Shown here: piece by piece, positions 50,726 to 64,000 of the stretch | How the letters are laid out: every line of letters begins with the position of its first letter | How positions within the stretch are numbered: position 1 is the first letter of the stretch | From: Octopus sinensis | Lineage: Eukaryota | DNA length: 64,000 nucleotides | Reading direction: 5' to 3' | Assembly (NCBI RefSeq): GCF_006345805.1 | Contig: NC_043001.1 | Location: forward strand, 101,866,001-101,930,000 | Made by a program: the position numbers and the translations under genes | Notes under the pieces: model-generated | Told to the model about the DNA's origin: nothing | The model's input: only the letters and a program-made list of their open reading frames with translations | Databases searched by the model: none

Positions 50726-51237
50726 TACATACATATACATACATATATACATATACATACATACATGCATACATACATATACATACATACATATATATAT
50801 GTATATTTAAACTTATATATAATTAAACATATATATATATGTATATTTAAACTTTACAAAGCCTTACTGTGACTTAAGTAAAAATATAAACACATTGATC
50901 TTACATTAATGATCTATTGATTTACATCATTTGTAAGCTCTTTTGCCATCATGCTAATGTTTGTGTGTATATATATATTCTGTTGAACCAAGTGAAATTG
51001 TAGTTGTGGCCAATGCCAGTGCTGCCTGACTGAAACCCACGCCAGTGGCATGTAAAAAGCACCATTTGAGCATGGCCAATGCTAGTGCTGCCTGAGTAGA
51101 ACCCATGCCTGTGCACCATTTGAGCATGGCCAATGCTAGTGCTGCCTGACTGACTCATAAAAAGCACCATTCAAGTGTGGTCAATACCAGTGCTACCTGA
51201 CTGGCTCCCATGCCGGTGCCATGTAAAATGCACCATT

Positions 51238-51273
<36 letters not shown>

Positions 51274-52499
51274 AGAGAGAGAGAGAGAAAGAGAGCGAGA
51301 GAGAGAGAAAGATTTGTATTTACATATGCACATAAACTGAATTCAAATTTTGACCCCAAATCTTGATATTTCATGGGAGATGGGTACGAGTCAATTACAT
51401 CAACCGTAGCAATCCACAGGTACTTACTTTATCGAGCCCAAAAGAATAGAAAGCCAAGTCAACTCCAGCAGCATTTGAACTCAGAATGTGGTACCAGAAG
51501 AAAGGCCGTTAAGCATTTTGTCCAGTGCACACTGGTTCTGCCAGCTTGCTGCCTGATCGTATTTACATTGAAAATGCACAAAGCAACAAGGATCAAAATA
51601 ATGACGTGTACATTTATTTTTAACCTGTTCTTGTACGCTAGAAAAGCATTTGGCACATGATTTTATTTCAGGGAAAATTTTGTTTCTGTAGACTTTGTGT
51701 AAAACCACATCAAGCTGAGTTCCAAGTAATGTCAGCAGACTACCAGACACTGTCTTTTGGCGTGATTTTTGCCTCTTTATTGGCAGATATCACCTCGGTC
51801 ATTTGGAACTCGGCCAAAACTTTGGTATCTCTATGCAGGAAGCAGCAAATGATTCGTTTGTTGATTTCTGCTCAGGTCTGCCCAGCTGGTATTTTGTATA
51901 AGTACACCAAGCAACAAAGACCAAAATATGAGGTGAATATTTATTTTTAACTCGTTCTTATACACTAAAACATATATGTACATTTATATATATGAATATA
52001 TGAAGATATATATATATATATATAGATAGATAGATAGATTGATAAACACAAACATCCAAACACACACATAAACACATGCATAATCACACACACACATTTA
52101 CTGGAATAAAGGTAAATATACCAAAACACTGTGTGTGTACATGTGTGTGCACGTGTGTGTGTACATGTGTGTGTGCGTGTGTGTGTATGTGTGCGCATGT
52201 GTGTGTACATGTGTGTGTACATGTGTGTGCATGTAAGTGTGTGTGTATGTGTGTGTGTGTGCCTGTTTATAGAATAAAGAGGTATACTTGAAGACATGAC
52301 ACATGACCAGAGGTTCTCAGGATGTAGAAAGTCTGACACTCCACTCTTATCCCCAAGTTAGACAAAATTCATCCTATTTTCACTCAGAATATTGTCTGGA
52401 ATTCAAACCATTCTTTAGTAATCATAAACACAGCAAATGTTATTGGTATTTTATGTTTTATAAGCATACACATGTTTCAGTAGACCAATTACCAATATT

Positions 52500-53130
52500 A
52501 AATGATGCAGTTTGGTTTTGTGCCAGGGAGAAGCACTACTGATGTTATATTCCTGGTAAGGCAATGACAAGAGAAGTATTTAACCAAAAACAAATCTCTG
52601 TATTTGGCTTTTGTCAACATGGAGAAAGCTTTTGACAGGATTTCCCATACCCTTATCTGGTGGTCAATGCAGAAGCTGGGGATAAATGTACAAGCCATGA
52701 AGAGGGGTGCTGTCAGTAAGGTGAAAGTTGGCAACAATTATAGCAATGAATTTAGTGCACAGGTGAGAGATCATCAAGGATCAGTTCTCAGTCCCCTATT
52801 GTTCATCATTGTTGTGGATGTGCAATGTGAGTGTGCATGTATGACAGAGTGTAAGTGCTTTAAGAGAAAATTTGGGAATTAACGTCATCGGATGAAGTGT
52901 GCAAGAGAGAAAACTGCATTGGTTTGGTCATGTGATGTGTATGGATTAGGACAGCAGCGTAATGATGTGCTGATCTCTAACTGTGGGGGGAACATGTGGG
53001 AGAAGTAAACATGGGACAAGGTGCTGAAGTATGATCTTTGATTGTTGAGCCCCACACAGGCAATGAAAAGTGACCAAGATTTCTAGTGATTTGCTGTGAT
53101 TGAAAAGACATGTCAAGCTAAGTAAATTCT
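52500..53130 (+). mobile_element. RTE-clade LINE relic with a large internal deletion
   Basis: MQFGFVPGRSTTDVIFLVRQ*QEKYL...LAFVNMEKAFDR...LIWWSMQKLGI...HQGSVLSPLLFII, then jumps to the C-terminal ERKLHWFGHVM segment. Confidence 0.9.
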
Positions 53131-53480
53131 GGTTGTGGTCAGTGACAATGACCTGTAAAAGACATTTGAGCTGGCGACAGTTAAAAGGCATCCATGATGG
53201 TGGTATGTGATAGGCACCTGTGCCGGTATTTTGGCTAAATACTTCTCTTGTCGTTGCTTTACCAGGAATATAACATCAGTAGTGCTTCTCCCTGATGTTG
53301 ATACATGAAAGGCACCTGTATCAGTGACACACAAAAGGCGCCTGACCCAGTAACATACAAAAGGCACCCGGTACAATCTGCAAAATGGTTGGCAAAACTT
53401 GGACTGCTCTCCAGCTTACCAGTCAAACTGTCTAACCCATGCCAGTATGGAAAACAGGCATTAAACGATGATGATGATGC
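53130..53480 (+). mobile_element. Family A repeat continuing from the RTE ORF end
   Basis: Contiguous with the RTE relic; ends with cattaaacgatgatgatgatg. Confidence 0.75.
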
Positions 53481-54139
53481 ACAATGCAATTGACTCATAT
53501 CCTCATCATTCATTGTAAAATCTTAGTGGGTTGTATGCCCTTATATACCACAGTTTATGCTAATTACAAGGAACCTCATTCGTATGAAAAAAAATCAAGA
53601 GTGACAGAGCGTGAAGTAGCAGAATGATGTTAAGAGAGGAAAGACAGGTGGCCAATGAGAAGAAAGGAGTAGCGACCACACACACACATACACACACACC
53701 TCCAATCATATTCTGGTACATGTATACACACTCACGCATTGCCTACATATATATATACACAGTAGAAACGAGAAAGGAAGATGAAATAACTGCTAGGTGA
53801 CATAGGCCCGGTGATAACAAGAACAACAAGAGCAATATCGACAGTTAGGGGCATTTATTAGAAAGTGGGCCATGGATAGTGTAGATCTATGAACAGGCTG
53901 AGCTTTATTGTCCTCCATCGTGCACTTTGGTAATTTACCATTGAATATGTGAAAACAAACAAACATGTCTACATGTGTAGGACTTACATGGAGACCAAGC
54001 TGTGTGTGCACAGGGGTCTGTAGTAGTAACATGTGATGGCCTCGTCCCCATGAGACATGATGGACAGAATTTCTATGCTTATATAAAGGTGTTTGCCTGT
54101 GGACAGACGTGGGGGGCAGCAGGGCATGTGTGTGAGCCT

Positions 54140-54440
54140 ATGGCTGTTGGTTAGGAGTGTTCAGCTCACAATCATAAGGCTGAGAGTTCAATTCCTGGTG
54201 GCACACAGTGTCCTTGAGCAAGACTCTTTATTTCTCATTCCTCCAGTTCACTCAGCTGGCAAAAAGGAGTTGTACCAGTATTTCAAACAGCCAGCCTTGT
54301 TAAATTCTGTCACGCTGAATCTCCCTGAGAACTGCTTCAAGAGTATACATGTCTGTGGAGCACTCAGCCACTTGCACATTAATTTCACGAGCAGGCTGTT
54401 CCATTGATCAGATCAACAAAAGAGCCCTCATCATCATCAC
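54140..54440 (+). mobile_element. Family D tRNA-derived SINE
   Basis: ggctgttggttaggagtg...gagttcaattcctgg head; gtccttgagcaagac...gcacattaatttcacgagcaggctgttcc body. Confidence 0.75.
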
Positions 54441-55127
54441 CTATGAAGTGTCAGTATGGCTGTACGTATGTGTGGGTGCATACAAGGGGATATATGCACA
54501 TATGCAGGTAGATGTGTGTGCATGGACATCTGCAGGAACATGCAGGGTTGCTGCACAATGATTACAAAACAGTTAATGAACTTACCATCTTTGGAACTCA
54601 CACCATAAAACAGTCATAGAGACCAACCAATCAAATCAGTTTCTGACATATACCAATGACTGGTTGCATTGCAGTTGCTATTGTTGTTGTTGTTGTTGTT
54701 ATAATTGCTGAGCTTGTGGTGCCTTGAGGTAATTATATCCCCCCCCTCTCTGTTGTGTTTATAAATGTGCTCTTGTGAATGTGTGTAAGTGTATATGTGT
54801 CTGCATCAATATGTATGGAGAGGGTGCATGACTACCTCTACCCTTTTCTCATCGACTCTCTATATATCTTCTTTTAACACCATTCTATTACTTCATATCT
54901 ATCACCCTCTATTCTGCAATATTAACGACATTCAATGTGATTTGCATAGCAGGAATATACTGGAGCATATATCCTACTAAGCCTTGTGTTTTACATTGAG
55001 AATGCTGAGGAAGTGAGTTAAAAATATTACACATCTGCATAATAACGACAACCGATTTTATGAAACATGTGTATGTTTTATAACATTTAAAATACAAATT
55101 AAGTTTCTTGTCTTTAATATATACTAG

Positions 55128-55155
55128 ATAGATAGATAGACAGATAGACAGATAG

Positions 55156-55236
<81 letters not shown>
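55128..55236. repeat. (GATA)n microsatellite
   Basis: Direct observation; another tract at about 46930-47020. Confidence 0.95.
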
Positions 55237-55959
55237 GAATGGGAAGATAGTGAGTGAGTGTATCTGTGTGAGTGTGCATATCTTTTTGTGTGTGTTTCTC
55301 TGTGCCCATGTGTATGTTTCTCAATATGATGAATTACCATTGGTTAAAACAACAATGGTAATTTAGGCAATCGACAAAATATAGATTGCTAGAATTTATA
55401 CAAAACTGAAATAGATGTTATGACTGACTAAAAACCCTGAAGCCGATGCCCCAGGATGCTTCGAGTTGAATATCTGGAAACAGAGGAGAGAACAATGTGT
55501 GGAGAGAGAAAATATAGACACAGAGAAATGTATGAATGTAAATATATGTATGTACGAAAGTGAATAGAAAACAATTTTTATGCTGTATATGTGATTATGT
55601 GCATAAAAAATAAACAAAAGATATAGATGTGTGTGTATATATGTGTAGATGTGTGTGCATGTATGTGTATATGTGAATATATGAATAAAGCTATCAGTTT
55701 TTACATACAGATAAAAAGTGTAAACAGACAGGTTTCTATAGACATACACACATAAAAAACTATAGCACACAGATACACACACACACATGTGCACATACAC
55801 GCACACACACACACACACACACACGTGCATGCACAATTACACCCAATTTTGGAGTTTCATCCTATATATTTCAATTTGTACCAAAAACAGAAAATTATAT
55901 TATTCCATTATTTCTCAACCCAAGACGCAGTTCTCAAGCTAATGAGAAGGTTAGTGTGA

Positions 55960-56116
55960 AATACATACACACACACACACCACACACACACACACACACA
56001 CATACAGAGATACATACATGCATACATACATATCTATATGTATATCATATATATATTGCATATATGCATATATATACAAATTATATATATATATACATAT
56101 ATACATATATATGTAT

Positions 56117-56213
<97 letters not shown>

Positions 56214-56300
56214 ATATGTATTTGTATATGTATATATTTATATATATATTATATATGTATATATTTGTGTATATTTATATATGTGTATGTGTGTGTGTGT
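55960..56300. repeat. (CA)n/(TA)n microsatellite field
   Basis: Direct observation. Confidence 0.9.
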
Positions 56301-56840
56301 GCGAATGCGTAATATTCCAAGTTTAAGATGGGAATAACATTATATATTTTCTTCAATCCATTGGGATTGTGTTTGACAAGAAGTCACCTCAAATCAAAAA
56401 GCAAATTTAAACCTAGCTTATCCTCTAATCTAAATAGAAATATAAAAATAAGGAAAAAGAAAATAATTGAAAGAAATTTGAATAGAAATTCTATTCTCGA
56501 AGAGAATATTTTCGGTATCAATATCATAAAGTTGCACCAAATATGTTTATCCTCCTTTAGCTGGAGATATCGTGTGTCTAGTTTGATCAACATAATCTAT
56601 TTTAGCTGAGACTACCTTAGGATTTCCTGATGAAAAGCATAATTCACTTCCAGTTTAATATTCTATCCATGCATCTACTTTGTAAATACATCAGAGCTAT
56701 CTTCTGGCTTACACACACACACACACACACAGCATATAGTTCCAGTATTGTTGGGATCAACAAAACTAATAGCAGCTCACATTTAAATCCTGAGTGTATT
56801 AAATGATATTATTTATATATATATATATAGACACACATAT

Positions 56841-56885
<45 letters not shown>

Positions 56886-57214
56886 AGGCATAATTTAGAG
56901 GTGTTAAGCCCTCTAAGGGATAGAGCTATCCAGAGGCACTCCTGGTAATTACCTCAGTAAGTATGGTCTTTGGTATAAGGTAAACGGCAGCAGGTAATTT
57001 AGAAAGATAAACCGTAGTTTAATGTATATATATATGTAGGCGATCAGAAAATGGAGGGAAAGCAACAAATAGAAGTGTGTCTGTGGTGTGAAATGCCATT
57101 ATTTAGTTAGTTAATCAAGGTGAAGGTAAGAGTGAGTTTACAGCTGTTTCAGTGTACCATGAAGAGGTAAATATGTATTTCCTTCATTGCAAATGGTAAA
57201 CGTCATCAGAACGA

Positions 57215-57865
57215 AGAAGGCAATCAAACCATCCAACCCATGCCAGCATGGAAAGTAAATGTTAAATGACGATGATGATGATGGTGATGATATATATATA
57301 TATATATCATCATCGTCGTCGTCGTTGTTGTTCAATATTCGCTTTCCATGCTGGCATTACTTGGATGGTTTGACTGAAAACTGGCAAGCCAGGAGGCTGC
57401 ACCAAGCTCCAATCTGATTAGACAAGGTTTCTACAGCTGGATGCCCTTCCTAATGCCAACCACTCCAAGAGTGTTATGGGTGCTTTTATGTTCTATCAGC
57501 ATGGGAGCCAGTCAGGCGACACTGCTATTAGCCATGCTTGAATGGTGCTTTTTACATGCCACTGGCATGGGTGCCAGTCAGACAACATTGGCATTGGCCA
57601 CGCTCAAATGGTACATTTAATGTGCCACCAGCATGAGTGCCAGTCAGGTGGCACTGGCATCAGCCACACTTGAATAGTGCTCTGTATATGCCACCGGCAC
57701 AGTTGCCAGTCAGGCATCATTGTCATCAGCCAGAGACTGCGATTTCACTCTGTTCAACAGGCCTTCACAAGCAGGGTCAGTTATGACTTCCACTTGCCAG
57801 TCCTAAGTCAAACCGTCCAACCCATGCCAGCTTGGAAAACGGATGTTAAACGATGATGATGATGA
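57215..57865. mobile_element. Three family A pieces in +/-/+ arrangement
   Basis: Plus tail at about 57215-57285, minus copy at about 57306-57780, plus tail at about 57790-57865. Confidence 0.8.
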
Positions 57866-58029
57866 TATATACTTGTATGTGCATATGCAATTATATATAC
57901 ATATCCACACACATATACATGCATTTAAAAGTGTGCAAGTGCGTTGCAACTAATAGTACAGACTTAAATGAGAAGATGAAGAAAAAGAAGGATGAGGGAG
58001 ATTGGGATGGGGGGGAGGAGGAGGAGGAG

Positions 58030-58117
58030 GGGAGAAGAAGAAGAAAAGAAGAAGAAGAAGAAGAAGAAGAAGAAGAAGAAGAAGAAGAAGAAGAAGAAGA
58101 AGAAGAAGAAGAAGAAG

Positions 58118-58146
<29 letters not shown>
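58030..58146. repeat. (GAA)n microsatellite
   Basis: Direct observation. Confidence 0.95.
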
Positions 58147-58148
<2 letters not shown>

Positions 58149-58849
58149 GATTATTAGTTTCTAGTAGAGAGGAGTATGATGTATAATTATTTATTTTTGC
58201 TGAAAGTTAAACTCTTCTCCAAAAATCTATCATTTCACCTTATAAATCAAGAAAGCAACATGACAGAAATTTCTAATGCATAGAATTTCAGAGATATGAA
58301 GAGAAACCTCAAATGTATGCTGAGATGAGTTATAATTTTTTGGAAGCTGCCATGCTTTATCATTGCCCTCATCATCATCCTCATCCTCCTCATCATCATA
58401 GGATGTCTATCTTCCATGCTGGCATGACTTGCACAATTCAACAAGTCAGAGGTTAGTACCGTTCTCCCATCTCTGCCCTGGAATCAGTTCTACAGTTGGA
58501 TGCCGTTCCTAATGTCAACCACTTTACAAAAAATATTTTGGGTATTCTTATTTGTGGCACCAGCACCAGAGGGTTTGCCTTATAGCTTGCAAGACAAAGG
58601 TTCCTCTCAGCTTTAAGTAGGACCACAGTAGAAAGGAAGGCAGCTTTGTATTAGAATTTGACAGGTTAAATTATGGAAGGAGTATGAAATGTTTCTTACA
58701 GCAGAGAAGCTACGTGGCCAACCTACATTATATAAGGGTGTGTGGGTGTAATTAAGATGGAGCTAAAAAAAGAAGTAAAGAGGGTAGCAGTAAGGTGCAA
58801 GAAGATGAATAGAAGAGGGTTCAGCTTGAATATTAAAGATGGAAATTAT

Positions 58850-59050
58850 TAATGTTGGCTTCAAATTTTGGCACAAGGCCAGCAATTTCAGGGAGTGAAT
58901 TAAGTCAATTAGATCAACACCAATACGTAACTGGTACTTATTTTATTGACACTGAGAAGATGAAAGGCAAAGTCAGCCTTGACAGAATTTGTACTCGGAA
59001 CATAAAGACAGACAAAATGCCACCAGCATGCAAATGATTCTGCCAGCACC
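58850..59050 (-). mobile_element. Family C SINE, diverged
   Basis: Reverse complement of the family C consensus. Confidence 0.7.
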
Positions 59051-60445
59051 ACTGCCTTTCAGAGAATTACAGAGAAAAATGCATAACATTAATGTTATTA
59101 AAACAAATTTTTAGAGAAGGAACAACAATGCAAACAGCAGCGGAGGGGGATGGGGGGATTGCATTCCTGATTATTGATGGAGATGTAGAAATTATGACAT
59201 GTTTGTTGAGTGTTACTGGGGTAATTAAAAATGTCAGGATATTTAAAAAGACTTTAAAACACTTTAAAATTGAGATGATAGAAAAGAATGTCTAGATTTG
59301 AAGTAATACGAGCTGCGTAAATTAAACATATTTTGATCCTTATTTTATATGGCTTTTGCTTAAATGGTTTTGTTTATGATTGTTAAGTCTACAAATATAA
59401 ACTGTGTAAATAATTACTTGAATTATGTCGAGAGAGAAAATATGACAAGGGAAAATGATATTGTATAAAATATTTAATTGTAGAACTTCAGAGAAAGTAT
59501 ATAGTAATAAATAAAAATGATAGTGTATATATAATATCCAGGTGGATTATCAAAAAGAAATTGGTTTAATGAAGTAGAAGAGGAAATAAGGTGTAAGTTG
59601 GGTGTTGAGGGTTATAAGTATAATATCATATAAATCAAATTAAAATGAAAGAAGGATTTAATTATAACAAGTAAAAGAGAGTATATATATATATATATGA
59701 AGCTAGTTCAATATATATGCAAAGTTAGTTCAGTAAGGCCTACATGACATAGGAAAATTTATATTGGGAGTACTATTGTTTTTAAAAATAGATATAGGGG
59801 ACACAAGAATTCATTTATTCACCGAAATATAAAAAATTCCATGACATTAGCATCATACATTAATCACCTCAAAGAGTCTAACATTGAGTATAATTTAAGG
59901 TGGTCAATAATTACTGAATCAACACCATATAACACACATACCAAATCTTGTAGGCTTTGCATAAAGGAATCAAGCAGCATACTATACACTAGTAAAAGAA
60001 ATAAAAACATTATTAAATAAAATTCCAGACATTTTAATATGTTGGAAGCATAAATATTTTATCAACTTAAAAATTTTCTTTAAACTTAAAAATAAATTTT
60101 TTTTTTTTGAAAATATGATCTGGATTAGATCCAATGAACACTTATATACAAATGTTTAATGTTAAATCATTTCTTTGTTATAGTAGTATGGATGAAGAAA
60201 TATGAGTAGAAAATGGCATATTCCCATAGACTATTATTTGTATGATTAAGTAAAAGTTCACCTGTCAATCATTGTCATTTCTTATTTAAGCCTGTTTTTA
60301 TTTTGCCATTTAGACTAAAAAATCACTCAAAAGCTGTGCTTTTTACCAACTGAACTGTCACCAATTACTGCCTTACTGGATTCTACCTTGAGAAAGGAAC
60401 CCTGGGGAAGGAAATGTTTTTATACAGTGAACCACTTAAAACGTT

Positions 60446-60950
60446 TCTGAAACAGCCACAGGTTTGCAGTGATATTTTCAATTGCCTCTTCTAATTTATT
60501 GTTTCCCTTAATGATATCCCTTATATATTTTCTGTATTTTAGGTTTTTCTATTTTATGTTTGATCTTTGATATTTATGATTCTGTTTCTATATTGTTATC
60601 ATGAAACTTAATATAAATATGGGAATACTGGAATGGAATGATACGTCATGTCTTACATGTGAATTCTGAATTTGCTAGTGTGAATGTTTTAAGACAAACA
60701 TCTGAAACAGCCACAGGATTGCCCTAATACTTTGAATGGCTTCTTTTAATTTATTGTCTCCCTTAATGATATCCCTTATATATTTTCTGTATCTTAGGTT
60801 TTACTTTTTCATGTTGTTATATTTGATTTTTCTGCTTCTGTTTCTATATACATATGATGAAAATATGTGGATATTTAAATGGAATAATAGCTCCTGTCTT
60901 GCATGTGAATTGTGAATTTGCTTGCCTGAATGTTTTAAGACACACAAACA
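60446..60950. repeat. Diverged tandem dimer of a 255-bp unit
   Basis: tctgaaacagccacagg at 60446 and 60701; shared cccttaatgatatcccttatatattttctgtat core. Confidence 0.85.
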
Positions 60951-61857
60951 CATTGGATGATGATGGTTGCAACGTCTTTGATGACAAGAGCAACTAAGCG
61001 GATAAGTTGATGTTGTGGTGTTTCCAGTATAGTTTTTTGGCAAAGTTGTTCTGTCTGCTCTAAATGCAGGACATCTGATTAACAAGTCTTAAGAGTTAGA
61101 CAAAATGCACCCAGCAGTTACTCTGTGTGTGTGTGTGTGTGTGGTGTGTGTGTGTGTGTGTATGTGTATGTGTGTGTGTGTGTGTGTGTGCAATTGATGG
61201 TTGTGTCTGTTGTGTACTTTGATTTGAGTATATTTATATATATATATATATGTATATATTTAATGCATATACACAAATATATATCTAAATATACATATAT
61301 ATGCACACACATGCATTTGATATGGTGATTATATAAAGAGGGATAACTGTAAATATATGAGCATAACAGTGTAGTTATGCAATGAAGGAGGAGTGAATAT
61401 CTAAAAATAACAGCAATAGGAAAGACTGGTCTTTATTAATGGTAAAGATTGTATCTGGGTATAATGGCTATTTGTTAAGATATAGCCTTTATTTGAATTT
61501 ATTGAATGTATTTATGTTAGAGTGAAAGCATTCAGACTGTCAGCTCAAAAATAGTTTTTTTGGCAATGGTTTCATAACTTTCTTTTGTACAAAGATTGCA
61601 TGGTTTTTATGTTGGCAGTGTAGGAGTTTGTTAAGAATAGTATCTTGTATTTTAATTTATAGTTTTATGTTATACATTCTTAAGTTTCACATAAATTATG
61701 CCAGTACTGTATCAGTCCATTGTTGCAAAAGACTGTGGTTATAATATTTAAATTTGAATCAATTAACAGAGAGACACAGACATGTTTGTCATTGTCGTCA
61801 TCTAGCATACATTTTCCAGCTTAACAGGAACTGACAAGTCAAAAAATGACACCGTTA

Positions 61858-62176
61858 TCTCTATATATATAAACGGCAAAATGTCTGTCTGTGTGTGTGT
61901 GTGTGTATCCTTTATACAAATCCACAACTTTTCAGTTAGAGGGCTCGCACTACATATGGTCATTCAAAACCGTCCAAGAGTGGTCGTGCACATCTTTACA
62001 TTTCCCCAGTCACCCTACAAAGCCATTAAAAAATCAATAGAAGTGACTTTTTTGTGAACTTTCTATCCAAAACCCAATCAAAATCCTCGAAACTTGATGC
62101 ACCAATTGAATGCCAGTTAGCTGGATGTGATTGGTTGGAGATTTGGACAGTACTCATTGCCGGGTCATAGTGCTAG
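61858..62176 (+). mobile_element. Non-autonomous Helitron
   Basis: Begins TC (tctctatatatataaacggc) after an A and ends ...gccgggtcatagtgCTAG before a T; no TIR or TSD. These are typical Helitron ends. Confidence 0.7.
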
Positions 62177-62199
62177 TCTATAATATTCTTTATCTTTTA

Positions 62200-62540
62200 C
62201 TTCAGTAATTAGACTGCAGCCATACTGAGGCACCGTCTTGAAGAATCTTTAGTCAAATCAATTTTAAGGTTTGGTACTTATTCTATCAGATCTTTTGCTG
62301 AACCACTAAGTTATGGGGGGGAGTTAGCATGCCAACACTTGTTGCCTAGCAGTGGGGGGGGAGCAAGCACACACATATAACAGTCTTCTTGCAGTTTCCT
62401 TCTACTAAATCCACTCACAATGCTTTCAGCAGACCAAGGCTATAATAAAAGACATTTATCCAAGTTGTCACACAGAGAGACTGAACCCAGAACCATATGA
62501 TTGGAGAAGCAAGCTTCTTACCACACAGCCATGCCCACAC
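62200..62540 (-). mobile_element. Family B SINE
   Basis: Reverse complement of the family B consensus. Confidence 0.8.
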
Positions 62541-63101
62541 CTATATTTATGCATGATGTGAGTGGATATTTGCAGCCTTAGAGACAATTATTAGTGTGAA
62601 TACAGTTACAAATAAGTGCATAAACATTCTGGATGAGTAGCTTAAGCTTGTGGTTGTTGGAGTTTATTAATCTTTTCCCCAAATTAGCAGAAAGTGGGAT
62701 TTTAGGATATGTAAATACCTAGTAAACTTATGTTGAGGGTAGAAATGTTTATTTGATGGAATGAAGAATATCTTTGTTCTTAATCAAGCTTTACTAAGAA
62801 TCAGCTTTTACAAATATACGTAATATATATATATATCTATATATATATTTACACACACACACATATATTTCCAAAAATGGTTACGAGGGATATATCAATG
62901 CCAGCTGGCCACAGTGAATCCAAATGTCCTTATAAGGACTGAATATTTCCATAGAGAAAATAATGGAATTAATGAATATCAGGAGAAACATATGTAGGTC
63001 TAAGTAACGAACAATGTAAATAACTGAATGATAAACCTTTGATATACAAATCTGTTCTCCTGATCTTCATTAATATCACACACACACACACACACACACA
63101 C

Positions 63102-63134
<33 letters not shown>

Positions 63135-64000
63135 GCACGAATGTAGGTGTCCATATATGTGTATGTCTATACTTGTGTGTGCATATTTGTGTGTATATGT
63201 TTGTATGTAGTTTTGTGTGCATATTTGTGTTGTGGGTGTGTGTGTGAACATGCATGTGTTTGAGTATGAGAGTATGTGTGAGTATTTGTTGAACACTTAG
63301 ATATAAATGTCATTTGTTGAGCAAGGACATAATCATTTCTGGAGAAAATATACATTTTTGCTTAATTTTTGTAGTTTTGTTTTTATTTTTCATTTCTTTA
63401 TCTGATTCTAAAACAGACAAAATCAAATATTTTCTCCATTTTTAATCAGTTTGGCAACGATCTAAATTTCTTGGTCCAAAATGCAATGAATATGAAATTC
63501 TTCCCTCCAATTGGTCTGTTGCTCAGTCGCAGAACTTCCCAGCATCCAATTAAAATTGCACATAGAGATATGCAAATTACAAATATGCAGAAAGTTGTCA
63601 TTTTTATAACAATGATATTTTTTCTCATCATTCTTTTTGTTTTTGCTTACTGTTTTTTAATTTGATTTTTCTTGTTTTTTTTGGCGGGGGGGGGGGGGGG
63701 ATGTTGCATAGAAGAGAAATCTGGAATTTTACAAGAAGAGAATGATGCGTAATATGAGCAAATGTGGTAAAATGCATAACGATTTTATAGGGAGAATTAT
63801 CAAGAAATATTTGTATAAATAAATTTATAAAAAAAAAAACTAAAGTAAAAATAAGGAAACAAATTTTCTATATTCCATGTCTTATTTGTTGATTATGGTG
63901 GCTGTAGTGCTGCTGCTGCTGATGATGGTGGGGATGAGACAGGACTTCCAAGAGGTCCCAGGATAATTGTGTGATGTATACATGGAATAGTCACATGAAT

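Overview
AT-rich, repeat-dense eukaryotic DNA, most likely intronic or intergenic. The SINE/LINE families and microsatellite load resemble an Octopus (coleoid cephalopod) genome; this is an inference. I recognise no intact protein-coding gene, rRNA, tRNA gene or CRISPR array. Nearly all ORFs in the supplied track are microsatellite translations or pieces of decayed retroelements. The window contains: (1) dozens of tRNA-derived SINE copies and RTE-3'-end-like repeats; (2) decayed reading frames of RTE, RTEX-like, CR1, R4/Dong-like and Penelope-like retroelements, plus a Ty3/Gypsy pol; (3) a piggyBac-type MITE in a TTAA site and a short Helitron; (4) local tandem and inverted duplications. The most interesting signal is a set of minimal type I hammerhead-ribozyme motifs (CUGANGA...GAAA...UH) in about five unrelated Penelope-like repeat families. 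Several sit as outward-facing inverted pairs in foldback elements, and one with intact catalytic boxes lies between 48-bp inverted repeats. Most copies carry mutations, so activity is unproven. A few splice-site-bounded exon candidates are reported at low confidence. All homology calls come from manual translation and motif recognition, not database searches.
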